From: a virus
Taxonomy: Duplodnaviria > Heunggongvirae > Uroviricota > Caudoviricetes
DNA length: 44,292 nt
Direction: 5' to 3' (one strand)
Virus record (IMG/VR): IMGVR_UViG_3300005573_001627
A program made the position numbers and the translations under genes. Positions 28,192 through 36,910 of this stretch are shown here, one piece after another. Positions within the stretch are counted from its first letter, which is position 1. Each line of letters starts with the position of its first letter. The notes beneath the pieces were generated by a model. It saw only the letters and a list, made by a program, of their open reading frames with translations, made no database searches and was not told the origin of the DNA.

Positions 28192-28775
28192 CAAGAGATT
28201 ATAAGGTTTTTGAATTTTCTGAATTATCAGAAGAAGCAAAAGAGAAAGTTATACAAGATAATTATGATATAAATATAAATTATGAGTGGTGGGAATTTGT
28301 TATTGAAGGGGTTAAAGAGAGATTATTAAAAAATTATGGATTAGAATTTGATAAAGTTTTTTTTGATTTAGAATATAGATATAGGCATTTATACTTTAAT
28401 AAAATATGGATAGAGAACATAAAGCAGTTTATTAAAGGATTTAAGCGAGATAATAAAATCAAAGATGTTAATTTTTCTTATAAAATAAACAAAGCGATTA
28501 ATCAAGACGAGATAACTTTTAATTTTGAAAATTCTTATTATGGTGGTGGAGATGGAAAAACTATTTTATCCTATAATGATTATACTCAAAATGCAGTAAC
28601 AGATAAATATAAATTTTTGGAGAATTTGCAAGAGTGGTTTAACGAGGAGATAGTGGATAAAATGCTATCTGAATTAACACAGGAATATGATTATCTCACG
28701 AGCAAAGAAGCAATAATTGAGAGCATAGAAGCAAACGATTTTAAATTTTTAGAAAATGGAGAATTTTTTAATTGA
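28179..28775 (+). CDS. Conserved phage/ICE-type hypothetical protein (FEFSELSEEAKEK ... EYDYLTSKEAIIESIEAN)
   Basis: N- and C-terminal motifs recognisable as a widespread uncharacterised MGE family. Confidence 0.75.
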   Translation: MQTITRDYKVFEFSELSEEAKEKVIQDNYDININYEWWEFVIEGVKERLLKNYGLEFDKVFFDLEYRYRHLYFNKIWIENIKQFIKGFKRDNKIKDVNFSYKINKAINQDEITFNFENSYYGGGDGKTILSYNDYTQNAVTDKYKFLENLQEWFNEEIVDKMLSELTQEYDYLTSKEAIIESIEANDFKFLENGEFFN

Positions 28776-28777
28776 AA

Positions 28778-28945
28778 ATGGAAAGCCAAAAAATAACTTC
28801 TGAACAATTAAGAAATATGATTATTGCAGATTTTATAAGAGCATTATATCATAAAGACGAGATTATTGATACAGAAATGTTTATTGCAGATTTTTCTGAA
28901 ATTGTGGATAGTTATGTTAAATCAAAAAACGATTTAAAAAACTGA
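28778..28945 (+). CDS. Hypothetical protein (55 aa)
   Basis: Manual translation MESQKITSEQLRNMII...; fills gap. Confidence 0.6.
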   Translation: MESQKITSEQLRNMIIADFIRALYHKDEIIDTEMFIADFSEIVDSYVKSKNDLKN

Positions 28946-28947
28946 AA

Positions 28948-29229
28948 ATGTTACAAGAAACAAAAATAATGAAACAAGCGTTCATCAAGAGAACAGGCAA
29001 AAATCCTATTAAATTTAGGTTATGGGGTAAAGGCAGTATGCGAGGGTTTATTGATATAACAATACAGGGAAAAAAAGAAGATTATGAAATTCTGAACAAG
29101 AGCAGATTAATTGGAGATATTAAAATAACCTTTATTCAAAATCATACTTTTTTTAAAATTCCACAGATACAGATGGAAATTCATATTGGAGAATTTAAAA
29201 ATGAGTTATCAAGCACACGAGGAATTTAA
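28948..29229 (+). CDS. Hypothetical protein (93 aa)
   Basis: ORF track. Confidence 0.65.
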   Translation: MLQETKIMKQAFIKRTGKNPIKFRLWGKGSMRGFIDITIQGKKEDYEILNKSRLIGDIKITFIQNHTFFKIPQIQMEIHIGEFKNELSSTRGI

Positions 29230-29476
29230 CTGCAAGAAAATTTTAGGCATAGATGTAGAAAAAGAAGATAGAGAAGTTGGAATTTTTGGAAATACTTTTT
29301 TGATGGGTATTGAAACAGAAGAAAAGAAAAATTTATGCCTTATTTTTGGAGATGATGGATTTTTGGAATTAATTAATTGCTTAAAACCTTATGTTCTTTC
29401 TCAAATACAAGAAGAAGAAATGGAGAGAGAAATATATGCAGAATTTGAACGAGGGAATTATGAAAGAGAAAAATAA
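29201..29476 (+). CDS. Hypothetical acidic protein
   Basis: ORF; second ATG chosen. Confidence 0.65.
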   Translation: MSYQAHEEFNCKKILGIDVEKEDREVGIFGNTFLMGIETEEKKNLCLIFGDDGFLELINCLKPYVLSQIQEEEMEREIYAEFERGNYEREK

Positions 29477-29720
29477 TTTTATTATTGAAACAACAGAAGC
29501 AAGAATAAAGAAGCAAGAGATAAGCAAAGAAGAAACAGAAGAAGAAATACAGGCATTAAAAGAAACTCTCAAAAAAGTTAATGAACTCACAGATATAACA
29601 AGAGGGATAGCAAGAGATGAATTACAGGCATTTTCAAAGCGATTAAAACAGCAGATAGAGATTAACGAGGATATTTTAGAGGAGATTATACAGGGAATAG
29701 ATTTTATTAAAGGATTATAA
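29460..29720 (+). CDS. Hypothetical coiled-coil protein
   Basis: ORF; stop abuts motif copy D. Confidence 0.65.
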   Translation: MKEKNNFIIETTEARIKKQEISKEETEEEIQALKETLKKVNELTDITRGIARDELQAFSKRLKQQIEINEDILEEIIQGIDFIKGL

Positions 29721-29739
29721 AAGTGTGTCTTTATCGTAC
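29720..29739 (+). promoter_or_regulatory. Early motif copy D AAAGTGTGTCTTTATCGTAC
   Basis: Followed by CTATATATG; drives a hairpin-containing leader and the Ku-like gene. Confidence 0.75.
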
Positions 29740-29800
29740 CTATATATGTAGAAGAAAAGAAAATTATTATTTATAATCAATAATTCAATTTTATTGATGG

Positions 29801-29851
29801 ATATAAGAGAACTTTTGGTTTAAACTCCTTTTAAGCCAAACCCTCTTATAT
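29801..29851 (+). ncRNA. Stem-loop in the non-coding leader upstream of the Ku-like gene
   Basis: ATATAAGAG/CTCTTATAT (9 bp) plus TTTGGTTTAAA/TTTAAGCCAAA (11 bp with one U:G wobble), 5-nt loop. Confidence 0.4.
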
Positions 29852-29883
29852 TCTTTTAATTAAATGAAAAATGAACAAGCAAA

Positions 29884-30489
29884 ATGGTATGGTATGATTT
29901 GACTTTAGGTAGTAAGTTTAAGGTAAAATATACACCAATACATACTCCTGAAACAGAATATCCTGATGTAGATGATAAAGGACACGCTTTAAAGCGTGTT
30001 AGTGGTAGTTTTACAAGAGGATATTTTTTGAACGAGGAAACAGGAGAACAACACCAAAAAGCGTTTAAATTGATTAATGGACAGGTAAGTAGTGGTTGGA
30101 CAGGGAGAACAAAAGAAATCAGCGATAATGAGATGTTTTGGGTAGATGAACAAGAAAGCGAGGACTTAATTGTAGAGCATACTTTTCTTGTAGAGAACAA
30201 GAAATTAGCAGATGAACTGAAAGAAAAGAAACAAGCATTACTTTTTCCTATATGGGTAGGTAATGGCTTTAAAATCTACAAAGCATATATAACTCCAAGC
30301 AAACTATATGATGGCTTTTGTCTTATGAAGTTAGGTAGAGGGCAGTTATCCGAGCAGATAACAAATATTGTTGGAGAACTGACAGAATACAGAAAACTGA
30401 AAGCAAAAGTAGAAGAAATAGAACTGAAAGCCAAGAAAGTCAATAACATTAATCCTTTGGATATTTTGGGAATAAAACCAAAACAATAA
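29884..30489 (+). CDS. Ku-like DNA end-binding protein
   Basis: By-eye alignment to prokaryotic Ku: W..LTLG...VKYTPI; KRV; ETGE; KAFK..NGQV; TKEI....VD.....L.VEHTFLV; helix then three beta strands (KLADELKEKKQALLFPIWVGNGFKIYKAYITP..DGFCLMKL). Confidence 0.55.
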   Translation: MVWYDLTLGSKFKVKYTPIHTPETEYPDVDDKGHALKRVSGSFTRGYFLNEETGEQHQKAFKLINGQVSSGWTGRTKEISDNEMFWVDEQESEDLIVEHTFLVENKKLADELKEKKQALLFPIWVGNGFKIYKAYITPSKLYDGFCLMKLGRGQLSEQITNIVGELTEYRKLKAKVEEIELKAKKVNNINPLDILGIKPKQ

Positions 30490-30496
30490 AGCGAAA

Positions 30497-30619
30497 ATGA
30501 AAGGGAAATGTGAATTTTGCAAAGAAGTCGCAGAACTCCAAGAGCAAACAATAGACGAGGGAGAGAAAGTAATGATTTGCGAGGGTTGTGTTGAAAATCT
30601 GATAGATACCAATAGTTAA
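30497..30619 (+). CDS. Zn-finger microprotein (40 aa, CEFC...CEGC)
   Basis: Manual translation. Confidence 0.65.
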   Translation: MKGKCEFCKEVAELQEQTIDEGEKVMICEGCVENLIDTNS

Positions 30620-30620
30620 G

Positions 30621-30758
30621 ATGGGAAAGAAATTTGAAGTAATAAAACTGATACTTTCAATAATCCTTATAGGATTTATTTGTTATAACGAATATTTTAT
30701 TAAGGATAGTTTAAGGGCAATTTTTGAGATGTTGATTTTAATACTTTTATGGAAATGA
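30621..30758 (+). CDS. Small two-TM membrane protein (45 aa)
   Basis: Manual translation MGKKFEVIKLILSIILIGFICYNEYFIKDSLRAIFEMLILILLWK. Confidence 0.6.
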   Translation: MGKKFEVIKLILSIILIGFICYNEYFIKDSLRAIFEMLILILLWK

Positions 30759-30764
30759 AAGAAT

Positions 30765-30998
30765 ATGGGAATAGAAATAGATAGTTGTTTGAATTGTGGT
30801 TGTGTCGTTGATTTGAATAATGTAAAATCAAAAAATGTTTATAAAACTGATAAATGGAATAGTGGTTGTAACCTTAATGGATTTGAGTGTCCTGTTTGTC
30901 ATTTTATAATCTTAACAGATGTTGATGATTTATGGAAATTTGAAACAGGAGAAATAGAAAAGCAAGTTGGAAAAAACTATAAAATAAAAGATGAATAG
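30765..30998 (+). CDS. Zn-finger protein (CLNCG...CPVCH)
   Basis: Two CxxC motifs. Confidence 0.7.
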   Translation: MGIEIDSCLNCGCVVDLNNVKSKNVYKTDKWNSGCNLNGFECPVCHFIILTDVDDLWKFETGEIEKQVGKNYKIKDE

Positions 30999-31001
30999 AA
31001 A

Positions 31002-31172
31002 ATGGAGATAAAAATGATAGAAGAAGAAAAAATGAAAGACAAACGAGGGTTAAATACCTGTGCAAAGTGTGGGAATAGATTAAGTCATAGCACTTTCCGA
31101 GATGAAAATGGAGAGGTTGTAGGGTGGATAACCGAGTGTCTTAAATGCGATATTGTTTATGCAGAAGAATAA
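31002..31172 (+). CDS. Zn-finger microprotein (CAKCG...CLKC)
   Basis: Manual translation. Confidence 0.6.
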   Translation: MEIKMIEEEKMKDKRGLNTCAKCGNRLSHSTFRDENGEVVGWITECLKCDIVYAEE

Positions 31173-31173
31173 A

Positions 31174-31290
31174 ATGAGAAAATTCATTAATGATATTGGT
31201 TGTAGAGCAGAATTTGAAGATAGTATTTCCGAAGAAGAAATACAGAAAACATTAAGTTGGTTGGGCAAGAATTGGAGAGAAGAAAAATGA
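31174..31290 (+). CDS. Hypothetical microprotein (38 aa)
   Basis: Manual translation; ATGA overlap with the next gene. Confidence 0.5.
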   Translation: MRKFINDIGCRAEFEDSISEEEIQKTLSWLGKNWREEK

Positions 31291-31535
31291 AAGAAGAAAT
31301 ACAAGATTATGTCAGCGATAATATTCAAGAACTCCGAGAGGATTTTGTAAGCGAGAACTTAAATGAGTTTAACGAGTTTATGCAAGAAGAAATAGTTGAT
31401 GAGGATAGGACTTTTGATTATTGGAAAATGCAGTTTTGCGAGGAGAACGAGCAAGAATTTAATGAATTTTGCGAGAGTGCATTTCAAAATATGCAAAGTA
31501 AATTAGAAACAGAAAATAGTTTATTTATAAAATGA
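31287..31535 (+). CDS. Highly acidic small protein (possible DNA mimic)
   Basis: E/D-rich with regular aromatic residues; ATGA overlap with the ligase gene. Confidence 0.6.
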   Translation: MKEEIQDYVSDNIQELREDFVSENLNEFNEFMQEEIVDEDRTFDYWKMQFCEENEQEFNEFCESAFQNMQSKLETENSLFIK

Positions 31536-32344
31536 TAACTGAAAAAGATTTTATGTTGTGCGAGAGCATACGAGAAGAAGAATTGGATAATCCTAATATG
31601 GCTAATAATTGGATAGCCGAGATTAAAGAAGATGGAGAAAGGATTATTGCAGTTGTAATAGACAAAGACGCTATTTTGATTAATAGACGAGGGAAAATTT
31701 GTAATTTTCATTTTCAAGAAATAGTTGATGATTTAAAACAGATGGATAACTGCATTATTGATGGAGAAATAATAAGCGAAGATGGGAATTTTACAAAGTT
31801 ACAAAGGAGAGCATTAACAAAAGATATGACAAAATTAAAGCAGTTACAAACCGAGATACCTTTGAAATATATGGTTTTTGATGTTTTGAGAGTTGGAGAT
31901 AACTTACTTACAAGCAAACCATTAAAGGAAAGAAAAGAAGAACTGAAAAAATTATTTGAAAACAAACAATTTAAATATACTGAAATATTGGAGTGGGGAG
32001 ATATAAAGACGATATTTGCAAAGGCAAAGGCAGGAGATAACGAGGGGATAGTAGTAAAAAATCTAAATGGAGTTTATGAGCATAGAAGAAGCCGAGAGTG
32101 GCTAAAATGTAAATTCTTTTTGGAAAAAGATATTGTCTTTACAAAATATGAGGTTAATCCTAATGGGATTAGAGTAGAAAATAGTGAGGGGATAGCGTGT
32201 CAAGTCGCAGGGCAACAAAGCCAAGAAGTTAAAGAAATATTGGATAAAGAGGGCAAAGTAGAATTAACTATCCAATATTTAGAAGAAACAGAAGATAAAA
32301 AACTACGCTTTCCGAGTTATAAGAAAGTTGTATATTCAAAATGA
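31532..32344 (+). CDS. lig: Minimal ATP-dependent DNA ligase (adenylation domain + short OB domain)
   Basis: Motif I EIKEDGER, Ia NRRG, III IIDGEII, IIIa YMVFDVL, IV EGIVVK, V EWLKCK, VI KLRFPSY. Confidence 0.9.
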   Translation: MITEKDFMLCESIREEELDNPNMANNWIAEIKEDGERIIAVVIDKDAILINRRGKICNFHFQEIVDDLKQMDNCIIDGEIISEDGNFTKLQRRALTKDMTKLKQLQTEIPLKYMVFDVLRVGDNLLTSKPLKERKEELKKLFENKQFKYTEILEWGDIKTIFAKAKAGDNEGIVVKNLNGVYEHRRSREWLKCKFFLEKDIVFTKYEVNPNGIRVENSEGIACQVAGQQSQEVKEILDKEGKVELTIQYLEETEDKKLRFPSYKKVVYSK

Positions 32345-32352
32345 ACATAGGA

Positions 32353-32372
32353 AAAGTGTGTCATTATCGTAC
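32353..32372 (+). promoter_or_regulatory. Early motif copy E AAAGTGTGTCATTATCGTAC
   Basis: Followed by CTATATATG; ATG at 32397; last copy in the window. Confidence 0.75.
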
Positions 32373-32396
32373 CTATATATGTAGGAGAGAAGAAAA

Positions 32397-33524
32397 ATGA
32401 AACAAATAAATCACGAACAATTAAAGGAATTAGTAAGAAGATATTACCACAGCAAAATATCTTTAATGATATATGGAACTTTTGGAATAGGAAAATCCTT
32501 TGTTATCCGAGATGTAGCAAAAGAGATAGCCAAGACAAAAGAGAGGGAATTTATTGAGTGGAATAAAATTGATTATGCAAAGAAAAAAGAAATAATCAAT
32601 AATCCAAGCAATTACTTTGTTCTTGTTGATATTAGATTATCTGAATATGATAGTAGCGATATTAAAGGGCTTCCTGATTTCAAAGAGGAAAATATTATAT
32701 GGAAAAGTCCTTATTGGACACAGATTTTGGAAAAACCTGAAAGTGATGGCTTTTTGTTCTTTGACGAGATGAATTTAGCAACACCTTTGGTTTTATCTTC
32801 TTGTTACAAAATAATTTATGACAGGATTATAAACGAGGGTAGTATTTCTCCTAATTGGCTTATAATTAGTGCAGGGAATTTGGTTGATGATAAAGCATAT
32901 ACTAATGATATTCCTTTTCCTTTGAGAGATAGATGTGGAGAGGTAGAACTTTTAGAGCCGAACTATGATAGTTGGGTTAGTTGGGCTATTGAAAATGATT
33001 TGGATTACAGAATTATAGGATTTATTAATTTCTCTCCGAGTAAATTAAGAGTAGTTGATAATAATGATACACAGAAAAGCACAACACCGAGAAGTTGGGA
33101 AAGAGTTAATGCTTTGATTAAAGGAATAGAGGATTATCAAAAATTAGAATTAGTTGTAGGAACTGCGTTGGGAGAGGGAATAGCAAGAGAATTTATAGCG
33201 TTCTGTAAAATTAAAGATGTAGTGCAGTTAGAAAAGATTTTGATTAATCCACAGGAACTAAAGAAAATAACAGAAATAAGCAATAAATATTTTATAGTAA
33301 GTGCAGTTGCAGAACATTATGGAAAGGGTAATAAAGTTGATTTCAAGAAACTATTAGATATTTCAGAAGTATTAGACGAGATGGCTAATCCTGAATTTAT
33401 AACGCTGATGTGGAGATTAGCAGTAAAATATAATCCTACAAAATTCAGAAAGGACTTTCAAAGTAAGGAACTGAATAATCCATTAAGGGCAAAATATAAC
33501 AAATATCTTATGCCTAATGTATAA
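32397..33524 (+). CDS. MoxR-like AAA+ ATPase
   Basis: Walker A GTFGIGKS, Walker B LFFDEMN, sensor AGN, PLRDR arginine finger, TPRSWE. Confidence 0.88.
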   Translation: MKQINHEQLKELVRRYYHSKISLMIYGTFGIGKSFVIRDVAKEIAKTKEREFIEWNKIDYAKKKEIINNPSNYFVLVDIRLSEYDSSDIKGLPDFKEENIIWKSPYWTQILEKPESDGFLFFDEMNLATPLVLSSCYKIIYDRIINEGSISPNWLIISAGNLVDDKAYTNDIPFPLRDRCGEVELLEPNYDSWVSWAIENDLDYRIIGFINFSPSKLRVVDNNDTQKSTTPRSWERVNALIKGIEDYQKLELVVGTALGEGIAREFIAFCKIKDVVQLEKILINPQELKKITEISNKYFIVSAVAEHYGKGNKVDFKKLLDISEVLDEMANPEFITLMWRLAVKYNPTKFRKDFQSKELNNPLRAKYNKYLMPNV

Positions 33525-33837
33525 AATGGAATTTGAAAACAATTTTTGGAATAAGTTTTTGCTCTCAAATATTTTCAAGACAAGAGCAGAAATGAAGAAA
33601 GGATTAGTTGCTTATAGAGATGATGGAGATTTAATTTTTCTATTCAAAAATAATAAATCCTTTGGGGTAAAAGGGTGGAACACAGAAACAAAAGATTTCT
33701 TTTCAGATAAAGATATAGATTTGGCTTATATTCTCTTAACAAAAACACCAACAACAAAAATAATTAATCAAAAAAATTGGGAAGAATTTAAACGAGAAGT
33801 TGCTCTTAATGAGTTAATGAAAAATGAAACAGGATAA
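33517..33837 (+). CDS. Hypothetical protein with C-terminal ALxEL tag
   Basis: Ends WEEFKREVALNELMKNETG. Confidence 0.7.
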   Translation: MYKMEFENNFWNKFLLSNIFKTRAEMKKGLVAYRDDGDLIFLFKNNKSFGVKGWNTETKDFFSDKDIDLAYILLTKTPTTKIINQKNWEEFKREVALNELMKNETG

Positions 33838-34672
33838 AACAGGACAATTAGAAAGAACAAATACCTTAATCCAATTTGGAGAAGATATTTATTTGAAAGT
33901 AAAACCGATAGTTTTTGATGGAGAAGAATATGATGATAGAATAAATCTTAATGATACAATAACTTCTACGATAAAAAAGAAACGAGAGAAAATTTCACAT
34001 ATAGACAAACAAAAAGAAGAAGTTATTTTAAAAATCATAGGACAATTATATAATGGAGTATTAATCCCACAGGGTTTATCTTTTAGAAAAGGAAAAGTGT
34101 ATAAATATAAATGTCAATATGAAGTAGGCGTTGATACTATCCGAGATGAAGTTATGAAGAATATTCACGAGGTAGCAAAGAAATTAACCAAAAATAATTT
34201 AGATATTCTTGAATATGTTTTAAATAAAAAATATGTAAATCCTAATCCTCATATTCACAAAAATCAGTATGGTAATGATGATGAAAAAAGACAAAAGATA
34301 ATCAGATTTCCTGAATTAAAGATTTTGGAATTGGATAGAAATGATACTGCAACAAAGAAATTAAATATCCATTTCTTAAATGGAGTTACAATAGAAGATG
34401 ATGGAGATGTTAATTTCTTTTATGAATTTAAAGATGTAGATGGTTGTATAAAAACAGATTTTCCGAGTTTAGAAACAGATACTTTTGCAGGGCTTTATAT
34501 TAAATTTGAAAATGATATAAAACAAAATGCAGAAATATTTATTCAAGAACTAAATACAGAAATTCAAAATTCAGAAAAAGAAATTGAAGAAATTAAGGAC
34601 AAAGGGCAAAATCAATTAGCATTATGCGAGTTATTAAATACAGGAGAGGACAATTTAAAAAATGGTAGATGA
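33824..34672 (+). CDS. Hypothetical protein (282 aa) with C-terminal coiled coil and ALxEL tag
   Basis: Ends KGQNQLALCELLNTGEDNLKNGR. Confidence 0.8.
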   Translation: MKQDKTGQLERTNTLIQFGEDIYLKVKPIVFDGEEYDDRINLNDTITSTIKKKREKISHIDKQKEEVILKIIGQLYNGVLIPQGLSFRKGKVYKYKCQYEVGVDTIRDEVMKNIHEVAKKLTKNNLDILEYVLNKKYVNPNPHIHKNQYGNDDEKRQKIIRFPELKILELDRNDTATKKLNIHFLNGVTIEDDGDVNFFYEFKDVDGCIKTDFPSLETDTFAGLYIKFENDIKQNAEIFIQELNTEIQNSEKEIEEIKDKGQNQLALCELLNTGEDNLKNGR

Positions 34673-35951
34673 TGAAAGTAAATTAGCAGAAGAAAAACTT
34701 TTAAAAGCAAAGATTAAACTGCAAAGCAGAAGTCCATTTTTCAGTTATCTTGCTCTTTTCTTAAAAATTAGAAAAGCAAAAGAAAACGAATTACCTGAAT
34801 ATGCAGGAATTGGAGTAGATGTAAGAGGGATTTTATATTATAATCCAAAATGGATTAACAAACTTACAGATGAAGAAATGATAGGCGTTCTTTGTCACGA
34901 GATAGGGCATTTAGCACTTTTGCATTTAACAAGAAGAAAAAATAGGGAAAATGAAAAATGGAATATTTGCACAGATTTAGCAATTAATTCTATGTTAATC
35001 AAAAATGGATTTTCTTTAGCAAAAGGTGGGCTTATTCCTGATTATAACGATAACTTTACTTTTCCTGAACATATCTTTGGAAAAAAAGTAAGGATTACCG
35101 AGTGTCATAAAAAAACAGCAGAAGAAATGTTTGAGGAATTGCCTGAAATAAAAAAAGGATATAATAGAGGACAAAATGAGGGAGATGGGTGGGATAGTCA
35201 TAGTGAGGGAGAGGGAGATGATGATGGAGAGGGAAAAGGAAAAGATGGAAAAGGTGGCAAAGGTTTTGGAAGAAAATTAACTCCAGCAGAAATAAAAGAA
35301 TTAGAAGAAAAATGGAAAGACAGAATAGAAGAAGCGTTGATGAACAGCAAGACAAGAGGTAATGTTCCTATTGGTATGGAAAGATATTTTGAAGAATTAA
35401 GAAAAAGCCAAGTTAATTGGCGTTATATTTTACTGCGTTATGTTCAAGAATTATTACCAAAAGATATGACTTGGGCAAAGAAATCAAAGAAATCTGTGGC
35501 GTGTCATACTTATTTACCGAGTTATACAAAGGAGAAAATTGATATAATTGTTAATATTGATTTGTCGGGGAGTATAGGACAAAAAGAACTTACAGATTTT
35601 GTAAGCGAAATAGTAGGAATGGCTAAAGCATTTCAAACTTCTATCAATATGAGGTTACTTACTCACGATACTCAAATACAAAGCGATTTAGAAGTTAAAA
35701 ATGGAAATGTTGAAAAGATTAGAAAAATGGAAATCAAAGGTGGTGGGGGAACTGAATTTAATAGTAGTGTGGAATATATTAATGAAAAATATCCAAAATC
35801 AAAATGTTTGATTTGGCTTACTGATGGTTATGGAACTGAAATAAAAGAAAAAACAAGATACCCTATTATTTGGGTAATTTGTAAAGGTGGAAGTGATGAA
35901 GTAATCCATAACCGAGATAGGAGAGATAAAATAATATGGTTAAAGGATTAA
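34662..35951 (+). CDS. DUF2201-type HEXXH metallopeptidase-like + vWA protein
   Basis: PFFSYL, GVLCHEIGHL (HEXXH), IDLSGSI (MIDAS DxSxS), GGGGTEF, WLTDGYG. Confidence 0.88.
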   Translation: MVDDESKLAEEKLLKAKIKLQSRSPFFSYLALFLKIRKAKENELPEYAGIGVDVRGILYYNPKWINKLTDEEMIGVLCHEIGHLALLHLTRRKNRENEKWNICTDLAINSMLIKNGFSLAKGGLIPDYNDNFTFPEHIFGKKVRITECHKKTAEEMFEELPEIKKGYNRGQNEGDGWDSHSEGEGDDDGEGKGKDGKGGKGFGRKLTPAEIKELEEKWKDRIEEALMNSKTRGNVPIGMERYFEELRKSQVNWRYILLRYVQELLPKDMTWAKKSKKSVACHTYLPSYTKEKIDIIVNIDLSGSIGQKELTDFVSEIVGMAKAFQTSINMRLLTHDTQIQSDLEVKNGNVEKIRKMEIKGGGGTEFNSSVEYINEKYPKSKCLIWLTDGYGTEIKEKTRYPIIWVICKGGSDEVIHNRDRRDKIIWLKD

Positions 35952-36187
35952 TTAAATATAGAAATTGTAGGATTTATGCAGATTTTAAAATAAAAGGAAG
36001 TTTTGTAATCTGTAATCCTATAAAAATAGAAGAATTAGTTTTAGAAGAAAAAAAGAAACTTACATTTTGGGATTTTTTTTCAAAATGGAGATGGGAATGG
36101 GTTTGGAAAGAAGTAAAAAAATCGCAGTGGAATTTTTTTAAGATTATCCCTGAACATTTAATAGATGAAATTGTTACTTTAAAATGA
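35936..36187 (+). CDS. Hypothetical protein (83 aa, Trp-rich)
   Basis: ORF track. Confidence 0.6.
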   Translation: MVKGLIKYRNCRIYADFKIKGSFVICNPIKIEELVLEEKKKLTFWDFFSKWRWEWVWKEVKKSQWNFFKIIPEHLIDEIVTLK

Positions 36188-36413
36188 TATTTAAAAAACA
36201 GAAAGAAATTAATTTAGAAATTTTGCAGATGCTTTGTTATTTGGAACACGAATTAAATTGGTTAAAGACAAAAGTTGGAACTAATTACACTTTTAAAATT
36301 CGTGAGAAGGTTGAAAAATTAATTGAAAAGTATAAATTGGGGGGATACTAACACTCATACCGAGCAAAAATAAACGATTGTAGGGCTTTGTAGAGAGAAT
36401 TTTGAGGGCAAAA

Positions 36414-36536
36414 ATGAAGAAAAAATGGAAAGTTATTAGGATTTGGGAAGTTGAAGCAGAAACTATGGAAGAAGCGTTGGAACTCTCAAAAATCAAAAAA
36501 CACAAGCGAGTAACCATACAGGATATTTCAAAATGA
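36414..36536 (+). CDS. Microprotein (40 aa, VEAETMEEA motif)
   Basis: Manual translation; ATGA overlap. Confidence 0.6.
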   Translation: MKKKWKVIRIWEVEAETMEEALELSKIKKHKRVTIQDISK

Positions 36537-36910
36537 ATAAAGAAGATTTAAAACGAGTAGAGCAGGTAATTGAAGAACACAAAAATCCTTATCCAAAAGA
36601 TATTTTCTTGTGGACTAACAAAGAAAAACTGAAATTCAATAGAGGAAGATTTAATGAATTTATCTTTAATATTGTGGAGAATACAAAGAAAGATATTCTG
36701 AAAGAGATAAAAGAACGAGAAGAAGATATGAGTGAGAAAGTTATTATAAGAGATAAGAGTAAATGTTTTTTACTTATTATCCCTTTTTCTTCTTTGACAG
36801 AAACAGAACACCCTAAATTCTCTTGTTATGCAAGGAATGTTTTAGAAGTAGATGATGAGTATTATGATAAATTATTGAAAGAATATCGTAAATGGAAAAA
36901 AACAAAATGA
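36533..36910 (+). CDS. Hypothetical protein (NPYPKDIF motif)
   Basis: ORF track. Confidence 0.7.
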   Translation: MNKEDLKRVEQVIEEHKNPYPKDIFLWTNKEKLKFNRGRFNEFIFNIVENTKKDILKEIKEREEDMSEKVIIRDKSKCFLLIIPFSSLTETEHPKFSCYARNVLEVDDEYYDKLLKEYRKWKKTK

